NCBI GenBank assembly: GCA_030141605.1
Contig: JAQGDQ010000807.1
Coordinates: 1 to 64,000, forward strand
Length of the DNA: 64,000 bases
Origin: Tubiluchus corallicola
Lineage: Eukaryota > Animalia > Priapulida
Direction: 5' to 3'
How positions within the stretch are numbered: position 1 is the stretch's first letter; every line of letters begins with the position of its first letter. Made by a program: the position numbers and the translations under genes. The notes below the pieces were generated by a model that was given only the letters and a program-made list of their open reading frames with translations, did not search any database and was not told the origin of the DNA. Shown piece after piece: positions 14,201 to 26,355 of the stretch.

Positions 14201-17200
14201 AATAAGGAAATTTACCAAAATTTAGAAACAGCTTCGAAGTACAATTCAGTAATTAAAAGCCAACTGAATGTGTGATATAATATATATATTATGTAGTGTT
14301 ATACAGTTTCATACATGTACTAATCAAGATAATAATAATGTAGTCTGTAAGGTGAATTGTTAAGTATATATATGCTTTATTCACTTTGGTTGTGTTTTTA
14401 GAGAAAACTTGCAAAAACAAGAACCTAATGAAGAAAAGCGGTTGCTCAATGGTACGTTTAGATTTGGATTTTTAATGCCCAGCTATTACTACTGCCAGCT
14501 TAGTGTGTCTTTTTAACTCACTATCTCATTTTTGCAGCTACCCCCATCATTTCGACACTTATGGCTCTAATTTTGGCAGCCTTTTGTGTAAGAAACTGAA
14601 AACTGTGTTATATCATATAATCATTCTCAAAATATATGATACATTGTATACACTATATACATATAGAGCAAAAACATATAGGCACCTATAACTAAGGTAT
14701 ACTAGTATCATGCAGTAGAAAACTCAGCCTGTTTGGATGTTTGCAGATTTGTTTCTCATGAATCGGATCTAAATATCTTTCTTCTATAGCATTAACATAT
14801 GTTTAGATGACCCTGTTAAACTGATTAACTGTAACTGCTTCCATGGCCCATTCCACAGCAATTATCCTATGGCTGAAAAAGTATTTTCTTAAATCCAACT
14901 TTGTTCTTTTCTTTGCTCTTTTACAGAATCACGCATAATATTAAAATTCTGTTCCTGCCACAACAATTTACAATAAATATGTTCCGCCCTTGATTGTGAA
15001 CGGGGCTTGCAGACTGCAAACTGTGAGCTGCCTAAGTAAAGCTGCAAAAGGCTGTTTCTGCAACGATTTTGCCAGCTTTATAGTCGCAAAAGCGAAAACA
15101 ACGTTAAAAATAATTAATGCTTTTGCTGCTATGCCATAATTTCCGCACAGGCACTCTCATTAATGCTGTAGTTTTGTCAGTTCCTGTAATTAAACGACGG
15201 CCTATACTAAATAATAATCATGGCTAACATGCTGCATTTCTACGTGCATTCCCATTTTTATTATATACCTCAGGAGAATCAGCATAATAAATGTGACGCC
15301 TTCACGTGGCAAGTAGGCAGAGCCTCTTAGGAACTAAGGACTGAAGATTAATCATGCTAATAATAACACAAAAAATAACCTGTAACACAATAGCGCACAC
15401 AAGGTTCACTGTCAAACACATGTACGTAACAATCACTATGACCTTGGTGATCTTGTACCACATTTGACAATGACATGTAGTTTGCAGAACTAATGACAAA
15501 CTTCTGATTTATCACTGCCACATTTATGTTTTATAGATTTATTGGTGCTTTCTAGCCTTGGTCTTTAATATCTAAAAAGGAAATGTAATTTAGTACATTT
15601 CATGGTTCTTGGCTATCCGCTCTGCCAATTTTTTCCAAATTTTTGTTTTTGATATATTCTGAAGCTATACCTAATCTATTAGGTGGACTGCTTTGTGAAC
15701 TTTGAAGTTTTTGATGTCAGGGACAGAGCAATCAAGCATTTGTCAATAATAGCCTTCAAGCAAATAAGTTTATTTCATTAATTTGCATTTTTCAAATGCT
15801 GTGGAATGCCGACAGATAGACAAACACATGGACTGCGTCGATTTGAGTAAAACACCACACGAATTTAGCAAATGAGTACGATTTTCTTTTTCAATGCGTA
15901 ATATAGTTGTAATTAATAAAACTAATTATTGATAATTGCAGAATTGCCTGAGTTAGCAAACATTGCCTTAGGAGAAGCTGATGGAAAAGCAGTGAAAAAC
16001 ATAGGAAGGCGAGTTTCATTTCACTTATCAGAAGAGAATGAGATGCCTTCTCAAAACTACTTCAACAAGGGAAGAAGGTCAGTAGCCAGACTAAATTTTT
16101 AGTGTAATAATAATCATGGCCAACATGCTGCATTTTATTAGTTCGTTCCCATTTTTATTATATACCTCATAGCATTAGCAAACAATAAACATGACACCTT
16201 TGTGTGGCAGTTAGGTAGAGCCTCTTGTGAACTGAGGACTGAAAACTGAACTAATAATAATACAAAATATATCCTGTAACACAATAGTGCCCACGAAGTT
16301 CAAGATCAAATGTGTTATGAACAGTTTACTATAGATGAATGTTTAGCTAGTATTATGAATAGGTACTGTAAGTACTGCGGGATGGGAAAGCCACACACCT
16401 GTCCTTCAACAAGTGCATAAGGTGGAAGCTAGGTTGTCGTCCTAGTTTTATTCCGACAGCTTCAGACGGCACGTTTTCTAGCTATGAAGAAAAGACGTTT
16501 TCTCTGTACGTGTTACCTGCGGACTATGTAATTTGCTGCAGTTTGGTATTTAGCATTTTATAACTGTGATTACAGTTAAAGGACAGCAACGTTTTCGAGC
16601 AGTCCAGATATGTTGTGATACATTTTGTGCACTATCGGAATTTACAGCAAAATGGATACTTGGGACAGTTTGCTTAAGCCGTTATGGGGTTACCACTGTG
16701 CATGTGGACGGTTGGACTGAATATCACCGCATAAATTTACCTGACGCCAGCCTCTGATAAAGCTAAACCATTCTTGATGTCACCTCACCTACCTCATCTA
16801 CTGGACAGTGCAGACTTTGTTTACAGTGTCTTCACCAATGACTTATGTGGCATGCCAAGACGTAAATGGACAGTGAACCATCTCAGCATGGACAGGTTTT
16901 TCGGTGCACCGCCTGGGGAAAGGGTAATTAGTGAGTACCTAGTGTATTAGAATCTTAATTTGTTTATCTTTAGTTGGGTTTTGCCTCGTATTTATTTTTC
17001 CTCCGTGTTTGGTAAACAACATTATGTCTAAGAAGTTTTGCACAATTTGAAGGTTTGTTGTTTAAAGTATAACATGAGTTAGGTATGCTTTATTGAAAAA
17101 CAGCTACGCTCTAGTGATTAAGTATAATCTTGTTATCTGAGAGATTGCTTTTGAAAATACGTTTAATTTTAAACCAAAAGAGAGTGCAGCACTCTGATTG

Positions 17201-20149
17201 ATTTTGAAAATTATCTTTTGATCATCACAAATTTGTTCATTAAATTTTGATCGTTCTTTATACACAAAAATATGTATCTTGGAGTGCGTTTCTTTGTGAA
17301 CGTTTAAAAAGTATTTGAATAGTAAAAATATTATGAATAGTTCACACTTTGTTAGCTAAACACAATAACAGCAACTCAAGACCGACACTTAAGATCCCAC
17401 TTGTGATTCGAACCCATATCTTTTGTCTCAAGGTACGCCCCATAGAGGTACCTATGAGAAACTGATTCAGTTTCTAAACTACGAACATCTGTGTACTACT
17501 ACCTCACTGCTCGGCTAGGAGTACTAGTTTGGTAATTGTTGAAGTAAATCTGGTTTAAATAAAGAACAGAAAACCAACAAGTAAAAGCCCGGCGTCACAA
17601 AATGCAACAATACATGCAACAATCGCTAGGACCTTGGTGACCTTGTACTTAATTTTTACAATGACATGTAGTATGCAATGTCAACGGAATGCTGCAAACT
17701 GATAAAGGAAATAAGTGAGAACTTTCAGCTATTAAAAAATTCGCATGGCTTCATAATTATTATAATGTCCTAGGCTTGTTTTAATGAGTTTAACATAATG
17801 ATATCATCAGCAGTTAAAGTCAAAACAATGACTTAAATGAATTGGGAGAACTTGTAGAGGTTTAACAGAATACTTTCTCAGCCTGAGAAAGCCCTCTTTT
17901 ATGTTTTTTTACCTAGATATGTGAAAATTACCTCACTAGGCATTAAGCATTATAAATTCATTAAGAAAATAAGAATTTTATTTCTTTATCAAAATATCAA
18001 TTGAGAGATATGTTAGAGTATGTGGTGTCTTTTTGAATTGATTGCACTGTCTTCTTGTATGTAAATAGTATTCCTGCTTTTTTTTTGTCAGTGTTTAATA
18101 TTTATTTTATTTTTGGTACTAGTCTACTAATTTCTTTTAATTGAACCACTTAAGTAATTTGACTGTACATGTGTGTGTTCGAAAATAAATGATGTTAATA
18201 ATAACTATTAAATCTATTAAGCATCATAGGGAGAGATTATATAAATGATTTAACTCAACTTAACTTAATTGTTACTTTTTTCAAACAGATACACTGATGG
18301 AGACTTTCACCATCTTCGAAATGCCAAAATCTCGCGACATTCCAGAATGAACAATGTGCGACATAGTCGCAGTTTGGCATTACCAGATAAACAAGATTCT
18401 AATTCTCACCCCAAGCCTTTCAAAACCATCATAGCCGATACGTGCATTATGGAAGTAGACGAAACGACTGCAGATGCCAGCAGTATGCAAGAAGTAAAAT
18501 TTCACGAAAACTGTATCAGGTTAAAACCCATTCCAGAGCAACCAAGTACAGATAGTGAAAAATCGACTAGCAGTAAAGAAAAAGGTGCTAGACGTCGCAG
18601 CAATGAAGATGTTAAACGTCCAAATGCAATAGATAACTGTGGCAATGCCAGACGCAATTCGGATAAAGCCGAGACCACTAAGTGGCAGATAACTTACACT
18701 CGTGAATCTGAAAGAACTGTTGCTTCTCGTCCTGATCCTGCTCCACCTCCACAAGACAATCGTGCCATAGTGATAACTACAATCAATGATGATCAAGAAT
18801 CAGATGGTCGGCCAACCCCACGCAATGTGGTTAGATATAATGACATGGGCAGTTTTGAGCAGGTTAGTGATACTAGTATTGACTTAATGGATGACAGTGC
18901 TGTAAAAGCGATAGAAGCAGCAGAGCAGGAAGTTATGAGGCAGAAATACAAGGAGTTGTGGAATCTTCGGGCGACACTTGAAGAAGAAGATGAAGATGAT
19001 GAAGAAGATGATGACACAAGTGATGTAGCACAAGTTGATAACGAAAACTTATCTGAAATATCTCCAGAACAAGGTGATCAAACTGATCCTGGTGGACCTT
19101 CCACTTCTTTTGAGTCTAACACGGATTCACCATGTCCTGAGGAGAGCACATTTAGTCGACCTACTCCAAGCTCAAATCTTCTATGTGCCCCTACGTACCA
19201 AGCACGCCGCCAAACATACAAAAATATTCTTAGTAAACATTTACAGAAGCTTGAAGCAAACACTAGCACCGAGAACAGCTTTGATAGTATTGATACCGAA
19301 GGTTCAGAGTTATCGAGTGAACGTCAAGGTGGCATAACAACCAGTTTTGAGTCCACAACAGATAATACAGACAGCACAGGTGATAGCCAATCATCAAAAC
19401 GTCTTCAACAAATGAAATCTGATAGTGGTTATAAGTCTATAGAGAATCAACAGAAGCCTCAGCCAGCAGCAACTTGTGTGACATCAGACAGAATAGCTGG
19501 TGAACATGAGCGACCAAACAAAGCAACTCAAGCCTCGAAAGATGCCGCTAAAAATGTCATTGACAACAGACTCCTCTTTGAGCGAAGAAATGCTAAAACG
19601 GCATCAAAAAAGCGTCGTGATTATGGCAGAGAGCGACAGTTTGCTTCCAGCTTGTTTGAGCCTGTTCTTGAACCAATGGACGATTTGACGACAAACAAGA
19701 TAATTAACAATTCCTTGACTAAAACACCTGTGTTCACGAGATTCTTTAAGTCAAATTCCGAGGTAAGTGATATTCGTGAACGACCCCGCAACAGATTTGA
19801 CAGAGATTATAGCATAGACGAAAAAACTGATGCCTTATTTAAAGAATTTGTAAAACCGGATATTTATGAGGAGATTGCTGCATATCGTTCACGATCTCCT
19901 CGTGTGCATCATAGACATAAATTGCGCCATCGGCAATATTCGTTCCATGATGACAATGGTAGAGCTAGGCGGCTGTCCCCACAAGACAGCATTGAAGAAG
20001 AGCAACATTCGAAAACAGAAGAACCGTCTAGTCTGGAATTAGTAACAATAAGCTCAAGAACTCCAGTACTGCAGCCAATACCAAGGCAAGGGACAATACA
20101 GTTAAAAGACATACCAATAATCAAACTTCCCGAAGGAGAAACAGCCTAA
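5139..20149 (+). CDS. CBARP: Voltage-dependent calcium channel beta subunit-associated regulatory protein (BARP/CBARP) orthologue, ~755 aa, single-pass membrane protein
   Basis: Coding exons 5139-5198, 11426-11586, 14402-14451, 15942-16077, 18289-20149; all GT-AG with matching phases (0,2,1,2); 2268 nt. Protein has a TM helix + CKYC, then GRRVSF, KGRRYTDGDFHHLRNA, YKELWNLRATLE, QMKSDSGYKSIE, RDYSIDEKTDALFKEF. These match, in order, the recalled human CBARP blocks GRRVSF, KGRRYTLTEGDFHHLKNA, YRDLWSLRASLE, QMDSGYASIE, RDYSIDEKTDALFHEF. The frame is open back to the acceptor at 5120, so the true start may be further 5'. Confidence 0.88.
5230..5630 (-). mobile_element. Degraded LINE (L2/CR1-group) 3' end in CBARP intron 1
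   Basis: Minus-strand translation LLRKANKLELFVP...FSSIAPK...IRECSNLNSF resembles the L2/CR1 ORF2 C-terminus and is followed by a simple-repeat tail. Confidence 0.5.
5940..6140. mobile_element. ~200-bp palindromic (fold-back) MITE-like element
   Basis: TGTACATTAATCTTCATTCTGTATTTGGCATACACA... pairs with ...TGTGTATGTCAAATACAGAATGAAGATGAATGTACA; inner arms AGGCTAATGCAGGATGGCTTT / AAAGCTATGCTGCATTAACCT. Confidence 0.65.
6280..6642. mobile_element. Degenerate inverted-repeat (MITE-like) element
   Basis: GAGAGTGGTTTATATGACAT (6281) pairs with ATGTCATATAAACCGCTCTC (6622); inner pair TTTTTGGTCACT / AGTGACCAAAAA. Confidence 0.45.
7221..8954 (+). mobile_element. 5'-truncated RTE-clade non-LTR retrotransposon (RT pseudogene), young insertion in CBARP intron 1
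   Basis: RT motifs GKSTGPDGIP, NYRGIKL, FIDLEKAYDRV, GLHQGSALSPLLF, LYADD, FKYLGS and an RTE-type C-terminus (RLRWYWHLRRR, RKRGRPKLRW). (GAA)n tail. Perfect 18-bp TSD ATCACAGCAGGTAGTTGA at 7203-7220 and 8955-8972. One nonsense codon (7843, likely CGA>TGA) and a frameshift near 8320. Confidence 0.95.
9400..9555. repeat. Degenerate (CAT)n trinucleotide repeat
   Basis: Runs of CATCATCAT/CGT seen directly. Confidence 0.85.
11182..11241. repeat. (ATT)n microsatellite
   Basis: Pure ATT run. Confidence 0.95.
11245..11770. repeat. Two diverged direct copies (~11245-11345 and ~11660-11770) of a short repeat flanking CBARP exon 2
   Basis: TTTATTCACGCCCAATAGTAAAATACAGTGTATAATAAAAACAATAT vs TTTATTCACACCCATTAGCAAATACAGTGTGTAATAAAAACAATAT; probably retroposon 3' ends on the minus strand (AATAAA + tail). 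Confidence 0.65.
15212..17710. repeat. Diverged ~300-bp repeat in two copies flanking CBARP exon 4 (15212-15510; 16107-16312 resuming at 17605-17710 after the solo LTR)
   Basis: ATAATCATGGCTAACATGCTGCATT vs ATAATCATGGCCAACATGCTGCATT; GACCTTGGTGATCTTGTAC...ACAATGACATGTAG vs GACCTTGGTGACCTTGTAC...ACAATGACATGTAG. Confidence 0.7.
16313..17599 (+). mobile_element. Solo LTR (1287 bp) in CBARP intron 4
   Basis: TGTTATG...CGTCACA termini; 5-bp TSD AAATG (16308-16312, 17600-17604); it splits an older repeat copy; its last 10 bp (CGGCGTCACA) equal the end of the Gypsy 5' LTR at 56659-56668. Confidence 0.8.
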
Positions 20150-21589
20150 ATCTATGCTTCTGTACCATTACTTGCTGACTTTACAGTTCATGCTAATCTA
20201 TTTGTTGCAGTATAACTTTTCTACAGTATTATTGTTAATTTTAATAGTTGTTTTGGCTTGGCTGCCTTGCAATCGTATTATGATTTTCATTTAACGTATT
20301 TTTTCTTAGTCGTTGTTTAAGCCGTTGTTTATACCGTATAATTATTGTTAATGTGAATAAAATAGTACGGGAGAGTTTACATTAAACAACACTTTGATGC
20401 AGAAATAGAATGCATCTTTATAAGCTCCTAGTTTGTGAAAATTTCTGTAAAAACAGGAGAAAAGTAACAATTTCAAACAGTTTCAATAAGTAAAACATAA
20501 AATTGACTTATAGGTTAACAGGTGCAGCAAGACTTATTTCAATAATTATTGAAGCTTATAGTTAAATGCTTCCTTGTTATAATGATGCTCAGATGCTTCC
20601 TGTGTTATCACATTTATAATTAATTTGTTAAGTGTTTTATGTTGAAAACTTTCTTAGCGCATGTTATAATGTGCTGTGATTCATGAAATCTATTATTACA
20701 TGACAGAAATTGTGCAAAAGCTACCTAACAAAACTGCTATAGAATTCTGTCCTCACAAATTAAGTAAAAGTTAGTACTAGTGTTATCACAATAACCCCAA
20801 ATATTGAGTAAAATTTTTGAAAAGCTTCTACTGTGTGCACAAAACACTAAAACTGCATTTGGGGCATGTATATTTTTCAAACTAAACCTACAACATTTTG
20901 ATTTGGAATCCTATTTATTAAAGAATGTGACAAAAATTTTATAAAAAATGTCTATTTTCAAGATTGTATTTAATTTAATATGCATAAATCATTGTAGAGT
21001 TTAAAGGCATAAGGATTTTTTACATGGAAATTCTATGAAAAATAGACAAAAGTTATCATGATTTAACATTTGCTAGCTGTATTCAAGTTAAAATCAATTT
21101 TTTACTTTTTTTTCAGGAAATATTAAAAAAAACTTAATGATGAAATTTATTACTGCCAGACAATTCGTTCTGTTATATGTCCAATTTAGTCATCATTATA
21201 GTGATACATACATGTGTAAACCGAATATGTATATATTCTGATGTATATTTCTGCTGACAAACATGCTGCAGACGTACATTGACTTTATCTTCTAAAGTTT
21301 AACGAAAACGTTAGTTGAAAATTATAACTTTTTTATTCTTGGGTAATAAAAATAATTTTTATCTTTTCTTTAGTATTTCTTTATAGTTTTTGCACGTATA
21401 TGTGTAAGAGTGAAACGTTGTTACAGCTTATATTACATCTTTTAGTTAGTTTCAAAGGTGGTAATAGGCCTGCATATTATATAAAAATCCCATTGCAATC
21501 GTAATAAGTTTTAGGGTGAAAGGGAATGAACTCTGAGGAAGTACAATACGCGGTAGAGTCGTTTAATCTGAGAATGGTGTAACAGGTGA

Positions 21590-22090
21590 CAATTAATTAA
21601 CTTGGATTAATTAGCAGAACTATAATTTCCAGAAGAGCTGAGATCATTCTTCCACTTTACAAAACACTTGTTCGTCCACATCTTGATTATGTCTGTTAGG
21701 TATGGAACCCTTACTATCTTAAGGAATTCGTGCTCTCGAACAGGTACAAGCACGAGCTGTGGACACGATCATAGGTCTTGAAGGACTCACATACTCTCAA
21801 AAACTGGAAAAGCTAGAACTGTATCGACTTTCTGCAAAAAAACGTAGGGATAGACTTACCGAAATGTTCAAGATTCTAAAGGGATTCACTGATGTCAATG
21901 CAAACTGTTTTTACACTCAATAGAAGCATCACACGTGATCATAGCGCTGAATTGTTTCAAGCATAGGGTCAATACAGAAAGGTATAGTTTCTCTTAAGCT
22001 GAAGCAACTATTTGGAACTGATTACCGGAATCACTAGTGAGAGCAAATCATGCAAATAGTGTCAAGCATGAAGTTGAACTCCGTGTGAGG
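21590..22090 (+). mobile_element. Degraded CR1-type LINE ORF2 3' fragment
   Basis: Reads ILPLYKTLVRPHLDYVC*VWNPY...LEQVQARA...WN*LPESLV, typical of the CR1 C-terminus; many stops and frameshifts. Confidence 0.75.
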
Positions 22091-22439
22091 AACCTACTAT
22101 TTTAATACCTGTAGCCTGTAGAGGAAGGCCTGTAGGTTAGCCTGTAGATTAGGAGAGTAAACCAACAACGAATGGGCAACGGTGTTTTCGGGAAGCTATT
22201 CAATGGATATGTGATTGGTGCAAGAGACGGGAAATTAGGGTTTACTCTCCACGAAGGCGAGTTACCTACTGGTCGTCTCGAATCTTCGAAACTCTGTTCG
22301 TGTGGCATCGATGAATAAGCTCATTTCATGATTTTCTAACATTAGGGCTTCGCAATGATCAAACTCGTGCTGTGGATTTTTACTAGTTGAAGATATGGCT
22401 TGATTCGGGATAATTATACTAACTCATCAGTTACCATAC

Positions 22440-22987
22440 TTAGTGTAGCAAGTGCTTGCGGCACCCGGGAGCGAAAAAAACTTTTGGCGCCCAACTTTTT
22501 AAATGTTTTGATTATGTTTCATGGGTGAAGGAACAAATTGTGCACGATTCTGAAAGATACAGACCACTACAGTTTCACAATAATACAGTCGGCATTTAAA
22601 AAAAAACGCCAGTTTCTAAACCACACGATATTCAATACAGGGTAACATCAAAATTGTTATACCATTCTGTAACAAATTATTATGTTTCGTACACTATCGT
22701 TATCATAAAAGATTAATTGTAGTGCAGTGGGCTAGTGAAGCAAAGGCTTGCATAAGCCCACTGTCATGTGAAACGACACCCTACACACACCGTTAAGTAA
22801 CGACATTTTGCTTTTTTTCTGGGCTGTATGTAGCTTGACTAGACAATTTTGTTGTAGTTTGAAAACTTTTGTTAACTGTTTTGTTAAAGCCAAATCTGTA
22901 ATTAATAATTAACAGTCATTGAACTCTAGATGAATTTTGGGCCCTCTCACCCTTGCGCGCGGGGGTCCCCACTTAGCTACGCATCTG
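22440..22987. mobile_element. Possible hAT-type MITE remnant
   Basis: Ends ...CTTAGCTACGCATCTG (hAT-like terminus) with GC-rich subterminal GGCGCCC/GGGCCC motifs; left end and TSD unclear. Confidence 0.3.
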
Positions 22988-24052
22988 AGCTGCGGACACT
23001 TCCTCGGGACTACCCAATCTCTAAATTCACATGGCTTCCCAATGGCCAAGATGACGGTTTGAGTCCCCAAGTATCAAACTCATTCCTTAGCTAGTTTAGT
23101 GAGAAAACTTGTAACTTGGCTTCAAAAAGTCGAAATTATGTTGTGGCTTCCGAAAAGCCAAGATCGTGTTGCGGACTACTGATGTTAGTCTATACTACAG
23201 TTTATTACTTCCCAATAATCGGATTCATGACTTGGCTTGAATGACCTTGGAATAGTCCCAGTGACCAACCCCTCATATTGGCCTCTTGCTATTCAAGGTT
23301 GATTCATGGTTTCTCAATTATCAAATTGATAGGTACGAGAGCACTCCTGAGATGAACAAACAACTCCTTTCGCGTATAGTGTTATGCCTCGCGAGATCGA
23401 TGAAGTCTTAAAAACAGAAAAACAAACCGATTTTGTAATCTCTTGTATTGTAGGGCCTAACACATGTCCTGCGCGATGGAACTATATAGAGTTTGGTGTT
23501 GCCAGAAATCCGGTCAGACCTGCATGTAATAATTTGACCCCGACGACTGACTTACTAGCATGCATACAAAAAGCACACGAAACTATTTGCAATGAACACA
23601 GTCATTAGTTCGTTAATAACGTCAGTGCCGTTTCACAACACTCCACTCTTTGAAATAATATGTATGTATGTCAGACAAACAGATTTTCTTATTTTCCAAT
23701 CTGTTAGTTTAGCCGCAAAATATTGCCTATGTACACAACCTTTATAATATTGCCAATTTAGCTAAACAATGTAGCTAGAACTTTCGGTAAGCACTTGCAC
23801 TATCCGTATACTATTAATGCTAATACTTAGAAGTATTATTAGTCAATCAGAAAAACTATGCATAAGGTTTTTTCTGAACGCTCCGTGCAACAATATCCAG
23901 CACTATTTTTGATACGAACTACTTTTGCAAATGTAGTGTTCCACCGGCTGGCAAGTTTACGATGCTGTTCTCTTAAAATAATATTACAAGAATATTGTTG
24001 TACTTATTTCTGACTACCCCTTAACTTTGCTGTCGAGCGTGTCAAAACATGA

Positions 24053-24096
24053 TAGCAGGGGTGAGATTCGAACACACGCCTCCGAAAAGACTGGTG
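24053..24096 (-). pseudogene. tRNA-Leu 3'-half fragment (variable arm, T arm, 3' acceptor strand)
   Basis: Minus strand CCAGTCTTTTCGGAGGCGTGTGTTCGAATCTCACCCCTGCTA matches recalled metazoan tRNA-Leu CCAGTCTCTTCGGAGGCGTGGGTTCGAATCCCACCGCTGCCA; 5' half absent. Confidence 0.7.
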
Positions 24097-24976
24097 TTGT
24101 CAGGCATATCAAAACACTTCGTACAGGCGAATCTGTTGGGGTTACAGATATTATAACAAAATGATGTGGCATTTTTGCAAAGCCCTATGATAGCTATCTT
24201 CTTTATGTTTTACTGAACTGTCACACTCGCCTATGTTTTGAACGCAGTAGTTCATTTTGTTTAATAAGTTACTTTTGCTTTTCATAAAACTTTACTACCT
24301 TGTGTTTCAGACGTGTGTGGATCCTAAAAAATCTTAAATCATAACAATTGCAGGGTGTCTTCAGCCAACTTATACTGGCCAGTAAAATCAATCGCTTATA
24401 CTTCGTCATGGTTACTTAAATTTTGCGAGACCTATCGTTTGGGAAGTCAATAACGATTTTTGCAATTTTGATTTAGGTGCCATAGGTACGTTAACGAAAA
24501 CTGCAGCTAAACTAAATAGGTGTATTTAGAATTTTTTTAATTCTTCATGATTTTGTTGGCACTGGGTTGATTTTAGTTGTACGTATAATAGAGCTCTAAT
24601 AAAAACTTAGTCCCGACTGCAAAGCACTTAGTTAAGTAAGTTATTCGCTTATTGCTTTTTTCATGCCTAACTGCCTGGATATTACGTTTAGAACAGCATT
24701 TACCATTGGCATGGAATCTGCCTTTAGTAAAAATTTCGAATACCAAGTAGGTCTATTGTGAGGTCACGCTATTAAAAACTGATGAAATCTTATTACTTGA
24801 AGAACAACAACGAAAATGAAAACAACAACAACAACAACATCACATCGAAACAAACCTCTTTACAGAGTTACTTCGCAAGCGAGTAACCCAAAAGCAGCTG
24901 GACTCGGAACACCATTTATATTTTTATCACAAGCTGCTGCTATAGTTAATACAATTTCATGTGCACGCCTAGTTAC

Positions 24977-26207
24977 TTAATAACCAGACCTGTAGATACC
25001 ACCAGAAGGTCTAAATCTGCCTGGATTGTAAGGAGACTTGTACTGCTGCCCGACCCGACCATACACTGGATGTCGTAAGTTGTCAGGAGCATTTGAGTTT
25101 AAAGGTATGTCTTCAGCACGCCTTCTGGACTCTGGAGTATAGGAACCACCACCATCATCATCATCATCACTACCATCACTTCGTGCCAAGTGCTTTTCCT
25201 GAGATTTCGCAATGTTGGGATGTCTGGAACCACCCGGATCGTGATTAAAATAAGGATTATCTCTTTTTAATGCACGATAATCGCTTGTGTTGTCATGTCT
25301 GCTATACCCAGGGTAGAAAACATCGTCTGGAATTTCAGCACCGCTGCGCACCGTGTTATCTACCAAATCGCTCACATTTTTTTCTTTATGAAGAATAGTA
25401 GCATCGTGTGGAATTGCTTCGTTTTCTTCTCTCTCAAGCTTGTTGTACTTGTGCAGAATGTCCAACAGCTGTGCAAGCGGAATGTTGTGTGTCTCCTCCT
25501 CTGTGTATTCAGGTTTTCCAGCATTTTCGACACTCGAACCGTCATGACGAGATTTCTTTGATTTGTAATATTTGACGCTGGCTGTTTTCAGGTGGCAGGT
25601 TATTGACTTCAGAAACAGTTCCAAGGCTTCTACCATTTGAAGCTCATGCTCTGGAATTCTGAAAAATACAATAAATGCTTGACGAGACACAATAGGCCTG
25701 ACAAAACGTTAGGTGTTTTTATTTAGCAGTATGGCTGTTGTTGCAAGGGTCTTGTTATGACTCTAATTCGATTGAAGGCGCAAATATAAGAACAGTGGAT
25801 TTTGAAAGGCTGAAGATTTTGTTAGTTGAAAGAATTAACATAAACGTGGACTTCGTATTGCCTTTTTGTTTGCATTCACACACTGAGCTCAGTTTGCTCA
25901 AGGTGCAACTAGGTATTAGAACCAGCCTCACGTAACCCTTATGATTCAAAAACAAAAATGTGTATTCTCAACATTTTCAATTTATTATGAGCTATAGATA
26001 AATTAAGCACTTTTTGTTCTACCTATTATAAAATTTCCTTTTTTCCTCTTTTCCATACTTCTCTCTCTGCAAGGGTGGCCTATCAGGTTTATATCGAACA
26101 TCATGTTTGTAAGGTCGCTGAGCGTCTGGACTCCGAATGTAGCCAGCCAGAGCCTTTGAAAGAGAAATCAATTTGAATCAATCAAATTAAGGTAATAAAT
26201 ATTAAAG

Positions 26208-26241
<34 letters not shown>

Positions 26242-26257
26242 GTTGTTGTTGTTGTTG

Positions 26258-26355
<98 letters not shown>

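Noticed and set aside
18269-18288. ORF-track start of the 626-aa ORF as a standalone gene
   Set aside because: Starts at a TTG inside the intron's pyrimidine tract; the exon begins at 18289 and continues the CBARP frame.
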